A stretch of DNA of 64,000 bases, from contig OX597815.1 in the NCBI GenBank assembly GCA_951406725.2, positions 97,092,001-97,156,000 of the forward strand, given 5' to 3'. The notes below the pieces were generated by a model, which saw only the letters and a program-made list of their open reading frames with translations, ran no database searches and was not told the origin of the DNA. Position 1 is the stretch's first letter; each line of letters begins with the position of its first letter. The position numbers and the translations under genes were made by a program. The DNA is from Octopus vulgaris. Taxonomy: Eukaryota. Shown here one piece after another: positions 1 to 13,419 of this stretch.

Positions 1-1010
1 GGTTTAGTGGCTAGCGATCTATCATGGCGAATGCCGGACAGAGGGATCTCAAAGAAGAGTTAAGCAGAAGGGACATAATTAAGCAGTAGTGATCCCAAAA
101 CCTGGTGCGCGTACGTATATATGTGAGATCGTGTATGTGCGTGTGGAATGGGGCTGGTGATCTTGACGTGTGCTTCTTTGCATGTGTACGTGTGTGAATG
201 ATGGTGTAGTTTCTGGGAAGTGGTCAGTGCTAGTGTGTGCGGGGTAGTGTGACGTGGTGTGGTATGGTATGGTGGTGTGTGGTGTGTTGGTGTGTGGTGT
301 ACTGGTATGCTGGTGCTTGGTGTGGTGTGGTGGTGTTGGAGTGTGGGGAAGCGAGAGTGGGGAAAGAAGAGTGGGGTCTAAATGATGGTGTGGGGTGTGA
401 TGGGATGTATAAGGATATTGATGTTGGAATGTGTAGGGGTAGGGTAAGGGGGGGCGACGGATGGAGAGGTGGAAGGAAGAAGGTGGGTAGAAGTTACGGG
501 AGGAAGAAGGTTCCAGAGCAAGAGAAAAGAGGTGGGTGGGATGAATTAGGTGTGAGAGGAAGAGAGGAGCGAGGAGGAGGGTTCGATGAAGGAGAGAGGA
601 GATTTGAACCCATGTGGCCCAAAGGAGAGAAGAGAATCCCTGCTCATGGCGAAAACAGGAGACCGAATGGCCCCTATGCAAGGACAACCCGAAGACAGAC
701 AAGTATTGTAAAGAGCGTGTGGTAGAGCTGAAATGGCGCGAGACCACGGTGTCGTTGCCGAGTCAGATGTCTCGGAGGTTTTCTGCGAACCGGTCAGCCA
801 AGCGGCGGCCAATTTGAACGATATATAGAGAAGGACAGAGAGAGCAAGAGATGTAGTAGATGACGTTCCTAGAAGTGCAAATAAAGGAGTCAGTGATATG
901 ATAGGGTCGATGATGGATGCCTGTGAGGAGGGGGTTTTGGAGAGGTATGGGTAAGTTCTCTACTGTTGCATAATTTAGAGCGTGCTTCTCTTTCGGTTCA
1001 TGATTTACTG
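1..1010 (-). mobile_element. Penelope-like element 3' part: decayed GIY-YIG endonuclease (about 590-965) and low-complexity 3' region
   Basis: Minus-strand translation HITDSFICTSRNVIYYISCSLCPSLYIVQIGRRLADRFAENLRDI*LGNDTVVSRHF matches the PLE GIY-YIG pattern (C-x-S-x-NVIY-x-I-x-C-xx-C...YIGxTxR-x-L-x-x-RFxEH...V-x-x-HF). It has an in-frame stop and abuts a (TA)n tract. Confidence 0.85.
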
Positions 1011-1012
1011 AC

Positions 1013-1470
<458 letters not shown>

Positions 1471-2205
1471 CATATAATAACCATTCATCTTTTGTCAAGA
1501 ATTTTTAATATAATCAGAAGGAAATGATGACGCCTTGTATCGTTGAAACATTTTTCTATGAAATCGAATAAGAACTGAATTCACTTGACCGTATCGGAGG
1601 CCAGCTACAAATGTTCTCATCTTAACGATTGATTATTCATCCACTTCAATTTTCGTAAAGATGAAACTGGTTTTCGCGTTCTCTTTAATCTTCAATTTTG
1701 ACGGTACTCTTTATATAGTGTACCATCGATTCTTTGTTAACAAAATAGATATTTTCTGAACATAATTGCTTTAATCTAAAAGCAGTTGTTCTCCCTGAAC
1801 TTGATTTTCTTTCTAAATTACTCGGTGCGAGTATTGTTCATACAAAATATTACATAAGTATTTATACATATAGGAACGTATGCAATTACCAATATTCGGG
1901 CCGGAGATTACCTGATAACTTTTTGTTTAGACTCGAAACCCATGCAATCAAAAATAATAATGCAATTTTAAATTTTTTTTTTTTTTTTAAATACATATTC
2001 CAAATGAAAGAGCATTAAAATATCCACGAATAATCTTATTAAACTTGTTTCAGATGAACGTTTACCAGAACTCTATTACACTACACCTTAGAAAAGTGGC
2101 CTACTAGTAATTTTCATCTCAACGTTAGATGTTTCTTGAAGAAAAGAAAAAAATTACAAACCTTTAATTAGCAAACGTATCATACTAGAACGAATCAATG
2201 TCTCA

Positions 2206-2246
2206 ACTATTAAGACTATTTCCCCGCTTCATCAGTAAAATTAGCC
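2206..2246 (-). ncRNA. Degenerate minimal hammerhead-like motif
   Basis: Minus strand reads CTGATGA-AGCGGG-GAAA-ATAG-TC; stems I and III are imperfect. Confidence 0.35.
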
Positions 2247-3630
2247 GCTGTAAAAATTCATCATTGCAAACACTGGACAACCATTCACCAGAAAATGTGG
2301 AATGGGGTTATCAGGATAAAGGCAAAGATATGGGAAGAAGACAATATATTATAAAAAGGAGAAAGATATCTAAAAGAAAATGTGATAAAAGTATTTATGT
2401 GAGGGAATTATTGGTGAATAATCAACAGAAGTGCCAATGTTTCATCTACGAATAAGGCACATACTTCCAATAGCAGATCAACAATCATATATCAGGGCAT
2501 CCGAACACAAATTTTCTTTTCCCGAGAGGTAAGAGAAGTTCGATTTGCATCAAAATCTCCACACATACATATACACTTATAAAAATACATCAATGTGACA
2601 AACCACCTACATACTCTATACATGTATCAATATATACAATTGATGTATATGAGTGAGTATATGCTCATTCTTCTAGAAAATTTGCTCTCACATATGCTCA
2701 ATGAAATAATGAAAAACGATCATTCAGTATGTTTCGTGTGCGCTTAATTTTGGGAGCAGTTGATTTATAAACTTTATTTTTGAAGCGGTTAATACGAGCT
2801 CATTAGAAATTATCATTAAGTATAATGCATTATATCTAAGTCAACGTAATCATTAATGTGGGAAAGACTAAAGTAACACTGATTTTGTGAAATGGTAGTG
2901 TATATAGTCTACAAGAAGATTTCAATTCAAAGAATCAATTTGTGTTGTAGGATAGATTAGGTTATTGCGTTGCAGAATCCAAATTTTGCTGCTAGATTGA
3001 CTGATGTCCGAAACTTTTCGCTGTGTTCTAAATTTTTACGTTATCTTCTAATGCGTATTTATTTTAAATGTATATTTATTCTATAGCTTATATTGATTTG
3101 CTGTTATACTGCTGTAATCTGTTAAACGTTAAACGTTATTTCAATAATTGACTTTTCAACACAAAAGGAATTTATTGAGAACACATTGTAAATTACTGTT
3201 ACATTTTTAAGGGAGTGTGAGATATTCAAATTATATTTATATTTTCTCTGTTGATCATAATTTAGCAAAGATAGTTAGCGTTGCATATCATAATTTGAGT
3301 GACTTTCCTTTGAAATCTTTCTTGCATCTATTGGGAAACATTGAAGATAAAGATTAGTGACAATTGTTTTCCAAACGTCATATTAACAAACATTGCTTAT
3401 GTCTCGAAAAAGAAAGATGTAGCCTTGCTTTTGCGATTCCTCATGCCAATTCTATTTTTTCAATTTTTTTTTTTTAATTTCTTTACAGCTGGTACCCGCT
3501 CTGTCCTTGGCTTTTTCTCTGTGTGAGTATATGTAGGTGCGTGTACGTACGCGTGTGAAAGAGTATGGTGTATTTTAACGTTCTATACATACGCAAGCAG
3601 GCATACAAATATTCTCAAACATAGGAATAG

Positions 3631-3661
<31 letters not shown>

Positions 3662-4477
3662 TGTGTGTGTGTGTGTATGTGTGTGTGTGTGTGTAGTTAT
3701 GTTATATTTGGTTACAAACGTGGTAGAATACAGTATAAATCTCGTCCACCTTCAGAACTGCCCAGTACTATCCGCTAGTATTATTACATACTTCCAAGTT
3801 AAAGTTTGGTCATTCGTCATGCAACTGTTTTCTTGCATAATGAGATCTAGTTCTGTTTCCTCAGGCAATAGGTAACTGCTATTTCAGTTATTCGAAAATC
3901 GACGATTTTGATTTTGATAAAATATCTGTATTCTTGGAGAACTACGTTGTGTTGAAACAATTGTAGCGATTAATGTCCAAACGTACTCTTTTTGCTGACT
4001 CCAGTTTCTTCAGTTATATATACATACATAAATACACACATATATAGATATATTTAGATAGATAGAGATAGAGAAAGAGAGAGAGAGGTACATATACCCT
4101 ATACACACACACCACCATACACATATGTGCAGTCACACACACATGTTCACAGACATAGACATGCAAACAAGCACTCTAGTTCAACTCACTGGACTTAAAA
4201 TCACAATTACGTTTCACACTTTCGGCGAGGCAGAACCTGGACATATGGACTTAATGGCGTGCATTGTTCTGGTCTTTCTCTCATTTATCTTCTTTTTCTT
4301 ACGTCCTTGTCTCTTCCTCGACCTTCCTCTTGTATTTGACCAAGGATCATGCCTGAAACAAAATATTTTTCTCTATTCATCTTCAGCCTAACGTTATAAA
4401 CTGTGAAAATCCTGAAGATCTCTGCCTCTTTTGCAGTATTTGATTATTTATGTATACATGTGTATATGTGTATATGT

Positions 4478-4537
<60 letters not shown>

Positions 4538-4679
4538 ATATATACATACATAGATACATGCATGTATATATATACATACATACATACATACATACATGCA
4601 TATATATATATATATATACATACATACATACATACATATATATATATGTGTGTGTGTGTGTATGTATGTATATATACAT

Positions 4680-5170
4680 GCATATATGGGTACAGGGCAT
4701 CAAAACAAAAAACGTTAAACACAAAACGAAAATATAAAAAGAAAAAACATAGTGCAACGAAAGAAAACAGAGAAACGAGACATGCAACAAAAAGAATATT
4801 CCCCTTCATCAGTTGTCCCTGTTTCATCTACCCCGCGTTACCAGGGCAATATATATGGATCAAAACTGATTGATACAAATTTGTTGGTACGGCGAGAGTT
4901 TCAGGAATGGCGCTAATCTTCAGCCATTTTGAATTTGGATGAAATAAGATGATTGTTATTACTGTAAGTGGGCTGCGATTGGTCGAGGAAGGTTATGTGG
5001 TGTTGTGGTTTGATATTATTATAACCGTATATCGGTGACAACAGTTATTTGGAAAATACCGTATAATTGAACAGGAAATGGTCCACGTGATGTACAGGAA
5101 ATCGACCGTATGTTAGACAGGAAATCGGTCGGATACTTATAGGTGAGGGAGAAAGGTAGAGGTTAAGGAA
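4680..5170 (-). mobile_element. PLE-type terminal region next to (TA)/(TACA) microsatellite
   Basis: Contains CAACTGATGAAGGGGAATA, similar to CAACTGATGAGGGAATA at about 24836-24853 (minus), and three ACAGGAAAT sub-repeats at 5071-5125. Confidence 0.45.
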
Positions 5171-5179
5171 GGATTTGAA

Positions 5180-5660
5180 ATTTCAGAAATTTTAGATTGT
5201 CTATAACGTTTAGCGCCAACTTGACTACGATCGACTTCTAGGATGCAAACTTAAACCTGTATACGGGTAAGTATTACCCGTAAAAGAAGCCTAACGTGGA
5301 ATCGGTACACATCAACAAGAGCACAAACCACCAATCCGCTGTAATTTGAAACCTCATTCCAGGAATTACCAAACGACTATCTAATCTTTTGACAAATGGA
5401 GAACTCGATAACAGGGCCGCTCCCACGCTACAACGATGTTTTGCCAAGGAGCGGATTTACTGAGAAGCTTACTTATGCTGACAATCTCCAAACACACTGT
5501 TCTCACCCACCAAAAGTATGGAAACGGTAAATTATATGGTATAATCCCCCTTTTAGCCTAGAAGTTTCCACCAACGTAGCTAATTGCTCACTGTCATTAA
5601 TTAAGAAACACGTCCCTAAGAGGCCGCAAGCATTACAAGCTCTTCACCCCACATAAATCA
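5180..5660 (+). pseudogene. Decayed Penelope-like reverse transcriptase palm/thumb fragment
   Basis: Translates as LSITFSANLTTIDF*DANLNLYTGKYYP*KKPN...INKSTNHQ...KRLSNL...SGF...[17 protein letters not shown], typical of PLE RT C-terminus; stops and frameshifts present. Confidence 0.8.
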
Positions 5661-5816
5661 AGGTGATCGATTTTTCTGATCGATTTGAGTTGGATGGTCA
5701 CTCTCCATTACACCTCTCTGTATTGGAGTATTATGTGATCTGATAGCTGAGACCATTTATGGAGATTTCAGTAATAGCAACAGGATTCTCTGAATCCTTT
5801 TACTAGAACTATTTAT

Positions 5817-5821
<5 letters not shown>

Positions 5822-5913
<92 letters not shown>
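5822..5913 (+). repeat. (TAA)n microsatellite, target of the downstream element
   Basis: Directly visible. Confidence 0.95.
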
Positions 5914-5914
<1 letters not shown>

Positions 5915-6198
5915 TGACCAAAATAGATAGGAAAACAAGAAAAATAATGACAGGATCTAGGATGCATCACCCAAAATCTGACATAGAAAGACTATATATA
6001 TAAGGTATATAAGGTGGTAGAGGCTTAATACAGCTGGAAAACAACTATAAAATAACCACCATAGGACTGCAAAAATATCTACTTCAGAAGGAAGGAAAAC
6101 TGATACAAATAGCGGCAAAACACGAGCAAAACAAAAGACTGTTCTGAGTATTTAAGGAAGCTGACAAATACAAACAAGAAATCATACCACCTAATAAA

Positions 6199-6229
<31 letters not shown>

Positions 6230-7259
6230 AAGAAGAAGAAGAAGAAGGAGGAGGAGGAGGAGAAGAAGAAGAAGAAGAAGAAGAAGAAGAAGAAGAAGAA
6301 GAAGAAGAAGAAGAAGAAGAAGAAGAAACAACAAAAGCTATAAAACAAATGAAATCCAAAGTAAAAATAGAACAGCAACGAACCATGATAACATGATGGC
6401 AAGAAAAGCCCCTTCATGGTAAATACTGGACTAAACTAAACGCAAAAGAAATAGACAAACAAAAATCACAGCAATGGTTGAGAAGCTCAGAACTCAAAGC
6501 AGAGACAGAGAGATTTTTAATTGCAGCACAAGACCAAAGCCTCCCCACCAGAAATTACTAAAAACATGTAATGAAAAGAAATATAACAAGTAACTGCAGA
6601 CTATGTGGAGATGGACAAGAAACAATAAATCATATTATCTACTGCTGCCCATTCCTGGCTAAGAAGGATTATATTCACAAACATGACAGAGTTGGAACTT
6701 ACATACACTGGAAGCTATGCCAACATTATGGAATAACAACAGAAAAAAGATGGTATAGGCACACACCAGAAAAGGTCACAGAAAACGAGAAAGCAACCAT
6801 ACTCTGGAATATGCCGATACACATAGATAGAGAAATTAAGGCTAACAGACCAGATATAGTTGTCAGAGATCATGAAGAAAAAATGCTTTCTAATTGATGT
6901 ATCAATACCGGCAGATGACAACGTGTCTCTAAAAGAAATGGCGAAACTTTCAAAATACAAAGACCTGGAAATAGAGGTAACCAGAATGTGGAATCTAAAG
7001 ACAGAAACAATTCCTATCATAGTAGGTGCATTACGCATGATAAAAAAATATTCAGACAAATACATAACAAAAATACCAGGACTTACAAACACATATAACA
7101 TACAGAAAATTGCACTACTAAGCACCGCACACATCCTATGCAGAACACATTCCCTACAATAACCATCAGAGCATCACAACAAATCACAGCACACACCTAA
7201 GGCACACAGAGCTGCGCTCGGTAGTGAAGTGAAAGCACGCTATAAAAATAAAACTACTG
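5914..7259 (+). mobile_element. 5'-truncated R4/Dong-clade non-LTR retrotransposon (RT C-terminus, CCHC knuckle, RLE endonuclease, 3' UTR)
   Basis: HHPKSDIERLY..GGRGL; LIAAQDQSL; CRLCGDGQETINHIIYCC; HKHDRV; NRPDIVV..LIDVSIP..KLSKYKDL; IPIIVGAL. Frameshift near 6880; (TAA)n on both sides, matching Dong target specificity. Confidence 0.93.
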
Positions 7260-7284
7260 AATAATAATAATAATAATAATAATA

Positions 7285-7777
7285 ATGCCCTGATGCAGTA
7301 CCAGGCAGTGGCTATGCCCTGATGCAGTACCAGGCAGTGGCTATGCCCTGATGCAGTACCAGGCAGTGGCTATGCCCTGATGCAGTACCAGGCAGTGGCA
7401 ATGCCCTGATGCAGTACCAGGCAGTGGCTATGCCCTGATGCAGTACCAGGCAGTGGCTATGCCCTGATGCAGCACCAGGCAGTGGCTATGCCCTGATGCA
7501 GTACCAGGCAGTGGCAATGCCCTGATGCAGTACCAGGCAGTGACAATGCCCTGATGCAGTACCAGGCAGTGGCTATGCCCTGATGCAGTACCAGGCAGTG
7601 GCTATGCCCTGATGCAGTACCAGGCAGTGGCTATGCCCTGATGCAGTACCAGGCAGTGACCATGCCCTGATGCAGTACCAGGCAGTGGCTATGCCCTGAT
7701 GCAGTACCAGGCAGTGGCCATGCCCTGATGCAGTACCAGGCAGTGGCTATGCCCTGATGCAGTACCAGGCAGTGGCT
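7285..7777 (+). repeat. Tandem array of 17 x 29 bp (ATGCCCTGATGCAGTACCAGGCAGTGGCT), no spacers
   Basis: Counted by hand: 493 bp / 29 = 17 units; 11 match consensus and 6 are variant. Confidence 0.97.
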
Positions 7778-8278
7778 CTCATGGCTTCTTGTCTCATTGT
7801 TTTGTCTTGGTATAAAAGATGGGCTACAGCAAATATTCTGCTCAATACCACAGATTTGCGTGTCAGTTGTTTGACCTTAACCAGTTGAGCATGTCCCTTA
7901 GTGGCTGATGATATGTGCATCTCTGATCACGAGCAGAAGTAGTGGAGGAGCATCATAGCCATGTGTTGAGAGGGATTCTTTGGGGTTTGAATAATTCACC
8001 TCTGGAAACATGGGTGGTTTTTTCAACATCCTTAAACAACCCTTATTCAGGGACCGTTTGAGCGGGATGGGCTACTCAACCTGAAGAAAATTCTAACTGG
8101 GCCCCACTTGCAAGGTCATGTGCTGTTTATCTTGATATGAGATCACTATGTCGCGCACATTTGGTTGTGATGCATGTGCCTGGTGTACCCTTATCAGACG
8201 GGTAGTCATGATGGGTATATTGGGCTTCGTATATTTTACCCCAGTGTCACTTTGATGGCATGAACTGCTCTCTCACTC
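7285..8278. mobile_element. Non-coding element embedded in (TAA)n, probably a non-autonomous retroelement
   Basis: About 500 bp of complex, relatively GC-rich sequence with no ORF, bounded by (TAA)n on both sides; its terminal 29 bp is the array unit. Orientation uncertain. Confidence 0.65.
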
Positions 8279-8351
8279 AATAATAATAATAATAATAATA
8301 TATAGATAGATAGATTGAGGGAGAGAGAGAGGGGTGGAAGAGAAAGACATG

Positions 8352-8412
<61 letters not shown>

Positions 8413-8490
8413 ATAGGTAAATAAATAGTTATCTGTAATTATATGGTTAAAGAAATGTACCTATGTATATGTGCACGTATGTATCTATGT

Positions 8491-8534
<44 letters not shown>

Positions 8535-10715
8535 GGGATGTATATTTATCTAGACATGCATATATACAGGATATATATATGAATGCCTGTGTATATGTGA
8601 ATGTGGAAAGAGAGAGTGATATGAAGGGAAAGAAATATAAGTAGTCATACATATATATATGTATGGAAATATGCATGCATATTTTATCATACTCTTGTGT
8701 TCGCATTTCTTCAAGAGTGCCAAAATCTAAATAATATTTCATACAGTCATCATTTTTTGAAAAAAAAAGCATTTTGATATATATCGCATTTTATCTACCA
8801 CAAAATAGTTCTTACATAGTAAGACACACTTAGGTTTACGAAATGATAACTGAAAGACTGATTCTTTTTCTTTTGATTAACACGTAGAAAAAGATTGTGA
8901 CTACATGAATATTATTTTCAGTTAAGAAAGTATACGATAGGAAAAGTTTTGTTAAAATGATTTAATCAATTTACATGCACTGCCTCTAACTCAAACATGT
9001 GAGTACATTATAAGAAATATATCTTGTTATAATAATCCATGTGCTTTAACTTAATTTTTGTTTACGTTGATTTTGGCTAAAATTTTCGTGAGCTGATAAG
9101 AACAAAAAGATGACAAATATATGTTTGTCCGATATACTTCATATTATTGTTCTTTCTGTGTATGAAATATATTACTAAATGTATCATTTCATATTATGGC
9201 AATTCAAATTGTTGTTTTCCTGTATCTGGGGATGAAATACATTTACCTACATTCATAACTTACACTGACAAATTCAATATGTCAGGTATTTGAAATCAAT
9301 ATGAATAACTGCACAACATGCACCTGCGAAATGACTGAAGACAAATTTTTTTAAGCTCATGATTATTATCTCATCCTCATTGATAAAATGATCAAAATCA
9401 CGTAAATATACAAACGTGAGTATTATGTGTATTTGTGTGTGACTTGGTGTGTGTGTTTTGAACTTAAGATATTCCGAATGATTTAATGTGCTGCATTATG
9501 CAACATGTTCGACAAATAGCAAAATACTTAGTATATACATTACAGAGCACAATAAATATAGACAGAGATAAACATACGCAAAACATAATATATGGATCAG
9601 GTGGCATGCATGTACATTTATGTGGAAGATTTTCTGATCGTAGTTGTGTTTAATATGAAGGAGGTAAACATAAATATCGGAGTATAAGTTCCTAAATTAT
9701 GCAGGCACTAATGATATTCATTCCAACATTTGACTCTGGTAATATATCCTAACGTACGATTAAGATACGTACCTGTTTAGCATTAAAATATCAATCAGTC
9801 ATTGTGTCAAACTACGTTGTATTTGAATATCTGTTTCATTATTTTTAAAAAAATAATGTAAGCTAATAGAAATTTCGCAATTGAAATGTCGGTGTGTTAT
9901 GCAGAATTTGGAATCAATTTAATAGAAGTTTTAAATATTTTAAGTGCTTAAATAGCTGGGTTGAGGGAGATTTGTTAGTTTTCGTCATTCTAATGCTTCA
10001 TTTAAAATCACACGTGTGATCAATGTTTTATTTATTGTTGTAGAGTTTCATAAACCTACAGGTTTTCACGGATTCTAAGCATTCAGATATGAGATCGTTT
10101 CTAAAATATCAATATTTCCTACCCATTTCAGAGAGATAGAAAAGTATGTTTAGCAATGCGTCGAAATAATTTCGTGATGCGGAATTATTTGTGAATCACA
10201 TACTTCTGACACTCAATTTTGATGGAGCAAAATGTGCTTTCCATTCTTTTGCAATCATCATTTGCAAGAAATCAATGAATTAATTGAAACTCTCAAATTT
10301 CTGTCTGTCTTCTAATAACTAGGCATTTTATGCCTGTAAATGAAAAATCAATATACAATGCGATCGAGTTTCAACTCTAGTTTGCATTATATTCAATTGA
10401 GAATGTACATGTAAAGCATCCTTAAAATATAGTAGTATAAATTCATATACCTGTGCTTTGTAAAAAGCACACACTGCATTCGGTAAGTTGTTGGTGTTAA
10501 GAAAAAAAAGGCAGTCGAAGAAACCAAACCAGACAGGGCTTGATGCAGTCTTCTACCTTATCATTTCCTTAGAAACGGTTGAGCCCACACACATTAGATG
10601 GTGATGAGAAGCAGGAGGGGGAGATGCTGGCGGAGGAAGAGGAGGTAGAAGCGGAAAACTTCAAAGACTTAAGTTGTTAATATAAAATTAGGTAAATGCT
10701 TTTCGCTTAAAATTA

Positions 10716-10930
10716 AGCGGTGACTTGGTAGTATTATGATTAAGTCGGACAAAATACTCTGCAGTATATATATCGGCAATTTGCGAACTCAGTTCAAATG
10801 TGGCAGAGGTCGGTTTTGACTTTCACGCTCCTGGAGTTGAAAATATAAGAAGTATAAATATATTGCAGGTAATGTTATTGACTAAATCCGCTTCCCAAAA
10901 TTGCTGACTGTGTGCCCAAATTGAAATTCA
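10716..10930 (+). mobile_element. Old diverged tRNA-derived SINE
   Basis: GCGGTGACTTGG head, AGTTCAAAT B-box-like motif and GAGGTCGGTTTTGACTTTCA body, colinear with the SINE at 21266. Confidence 0.6.
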
Positions 10931-11496
10931 TGCGTTGCTTTAAATGCATTAAATTTACATTTAGTTTCGCCTAAAATTATTCAGAATTGCTTTAATACAT
11001 TTCTCCATAACGCATACAGGTCTATTTTTGCATAACATAGAATTATTGAATAAAACTTACGTATAGACACAGTAGGTTATGATTACAAAACTGTAATAAA
11101 TATATATTGCCGGTACCTGCATTGTGTACTGAAATACATGAATATACAAAGACGTATGCGCGTGTGTTGGTGTTTGTGTATGTGTGTATACATGTGCGTG
11201 TGTGTGCGTAGGTGCGTTCACTCTGTATGTACGCCAGCGTTTGTAATAAAAATCTGTACATTTTGAATAAAAACTGCTTGCATATATAATAGGCTACATA
11301 TTCAAACAAAATTGCATGTGTGGTTATAATTGCATATATACAACAATTGTACTTTTCTACTATAGTATTTGGTATATCTGCTATATTTTCCAAATATTTG
11401 CAGGTTTTTTTTTAACAACATTAATATATTTCAAGAATTCACTTATATGAACTAGTGCACATTAAAATATATTCATATACAAAAATACGGATATAT

Positions 11497-11550
<54 letters not shown>

Positions 11551-12609
11551 ACATAGATATATGCGTGTGTATATGTTACTGTTTGTGCTATGGGTGAGGA
11601 AGCGTTAGTATATCGACTTGAATATTTGTGGTGTGATGGTTTTCTTGCATGACAAAATATCTTGAAACCAGTATCATAGGAAAATCTATATTTATGTCTC
11701 TTGAGGTTGCATCCATTCAAGAGCCATTGCTATTAAGAAATCACAGGAAAAAAAACATTTCAAAAATCAAAATTTATGTTGCCATTTATATCTTCATACA
11801 TATATTAAGATATATGTGAATGTGCATGCACACGCACATTCAAACACTCATAAATATGCACACTAGAAGGGCAAATGTTTATATAAACCCATACCGACAT
11901 TATATGCTCGTAGTTTTGTTTCAATTTTCCTAAAATAATCTCATACATACTGTGTACTTTTACGCATAAAACATTTTGAGAGTCAATTTTAGCAATATGA
12001 AAATATTTTTTAACATTATAAGAGGGAAATAAAACCGGGAAATTTGGTCTAGGCACAAATAATTAAATGTAATTATGCAAAAATATCTTTAAAAAAACCT
12101 GTAAGCAAAACTATAATGATTTAACACTTACACGCACACAAGTGAATCGAATTTGTTTTTGAAACTTCCGAATGAAACATGAAAATCAAAAATAAATCCG
12201 GTACTCCACGTAAGAAAGAGAAGTAAAATATAAGGAAAGCACAGGTACATGGAACATGAAGTAAAAAGTAATGAATACCGAAATCGTAACTGATATTTGA
12301 GTAATTAAATTATATGTAAATAATGAACAAATATAATGTACAATGATACCGGGTATCGCTACTCGAATATATAAATGAAATAGCAAAGGTAAACTATGGA
12401 AAACAGTAAAAAAATATCAAAGAATGGAACAATAAAATAAATGAGAAATATGTTTAAAATTATTATGTGGTTTAAGGAATTCATCCGAATATTAATTGGA
12501 GTGTAGAGGATATTATATCAAAGAAAAAATAAAATGCAAATGAAAATATGGAGAAATATAAACTAGGATATATGAAATGCAGAATGGAAAACATGCAACA
12601 GTAAATAGG

Positions 12610-12669
<60 letters not shown>

Positions 12670-12683
12670 ATGTATGTATGTAT

Positions 12684-13067
12684 AAAACCCGTCAAAGGGC
12701 GGAGGAACACTTGAGAGACAACGGCCATCCGATAAATATCTTAAGCCTGTATCATGCGCGGGGACATAGATATAATCGGACTGAATACCCGATCGCGCGG
12801 TTAAACAATTGGGAGTGAAGGACTCCTAGCCTTTGTTAGGGCATCCTTCTAGGAGAAGGTAACTCAAGTAACTGAGATAACTCCAACATAAAATCTGCGG
12901 CTCAGTGGTTACCGATGATATTGACTTCTTCTTTTCGGAGTGGGATTGACACAGTGCACAGCCGTTCCTCACTTTAAAAAAAATCTTCTTGCAAAGGCAT
13001 TGTACGAGAACAACATTGATTAAGCTTCGTGCAATGGCCATACTCGATAACGAGGGGGCAGCCACCA
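12684..13067 (+). mobile_element. Bipartite non-autonomous RTE derivative (5' UTR-like part plus 3' end) with (ATGT)n tail
   Basis: GGGCATCCTTCTAGGAGAAGGTAACTC resembles an RTE 5' UTR motif. The terminal CTCG-ATAA-CGAG hairpin followed by GGGGCAGCCA and a tandem tail resembles RTE 3' ends. No ORF. Family assignment from memory. Confidence 0.55.
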
Positions 13068-13186
13068 TGTATGTATGTATGTATGTATGTATGTATGTAT
13101 GTATGTATCTATGTTTGTTATGTATGTATGTATGTATGTATGTATGTATGTATGTATGTATGTATGCATGGCTTAAAAGCATCTTC

Positions 13187-13419
13187 CAGATCATCGTCGA
13201 CTTACGACCACAATTGTTTCCAACACAGTGGCGATCGATAACCAAATCTAGGGTAAAGTTTCCTTAGCCGCCATCAACCACAGCCGGGTTAATTATTAGG
13301 AAATTAAACACTTTAGATATCAAGAGGACTATTTATTATTGCTGTCGGGAGCTGGCGCGGCAATCGTGGCGAAGTGGATCGGTCGCAAGTCGAACAGGTC
13401 GTAGGTCGATGACGCCCTG
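13187..13419. mobile_element. pogo/Tigger-type MITE
   Basis: Imperfect TIRs CAGATCATCGTCGACTTACGACC / GGTCGTAGGTCGATGACGCCCTG followed by TA; internal sub-terminal GGTCGCAAGTCGA. Confidence 0.65.

Noticed and set aside
436-455. G-quadruplex-like G runs
   Set aside because: Part of a low-complexity purine-rich PLE tail; no evidence of function.
79-747. 222-aa and 162-aa ORFs as host genes
   Set aside because: Only the first residues belong to the decayed PLE endonuclease; the rest is low-complexity GT/GA-rich sequence.
7285-7777. CRISPR array (29-bp repeats)
   Set aside because: Units are contiguous with no spacers, there are no cas genes, and the context is eukaryotic.
7285-7777. Tandem hammerhead ribozymes (CTGATG motif)
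   Set aside because: The unit reads CTGATGC, not CTGANGA, and has no GAAA.
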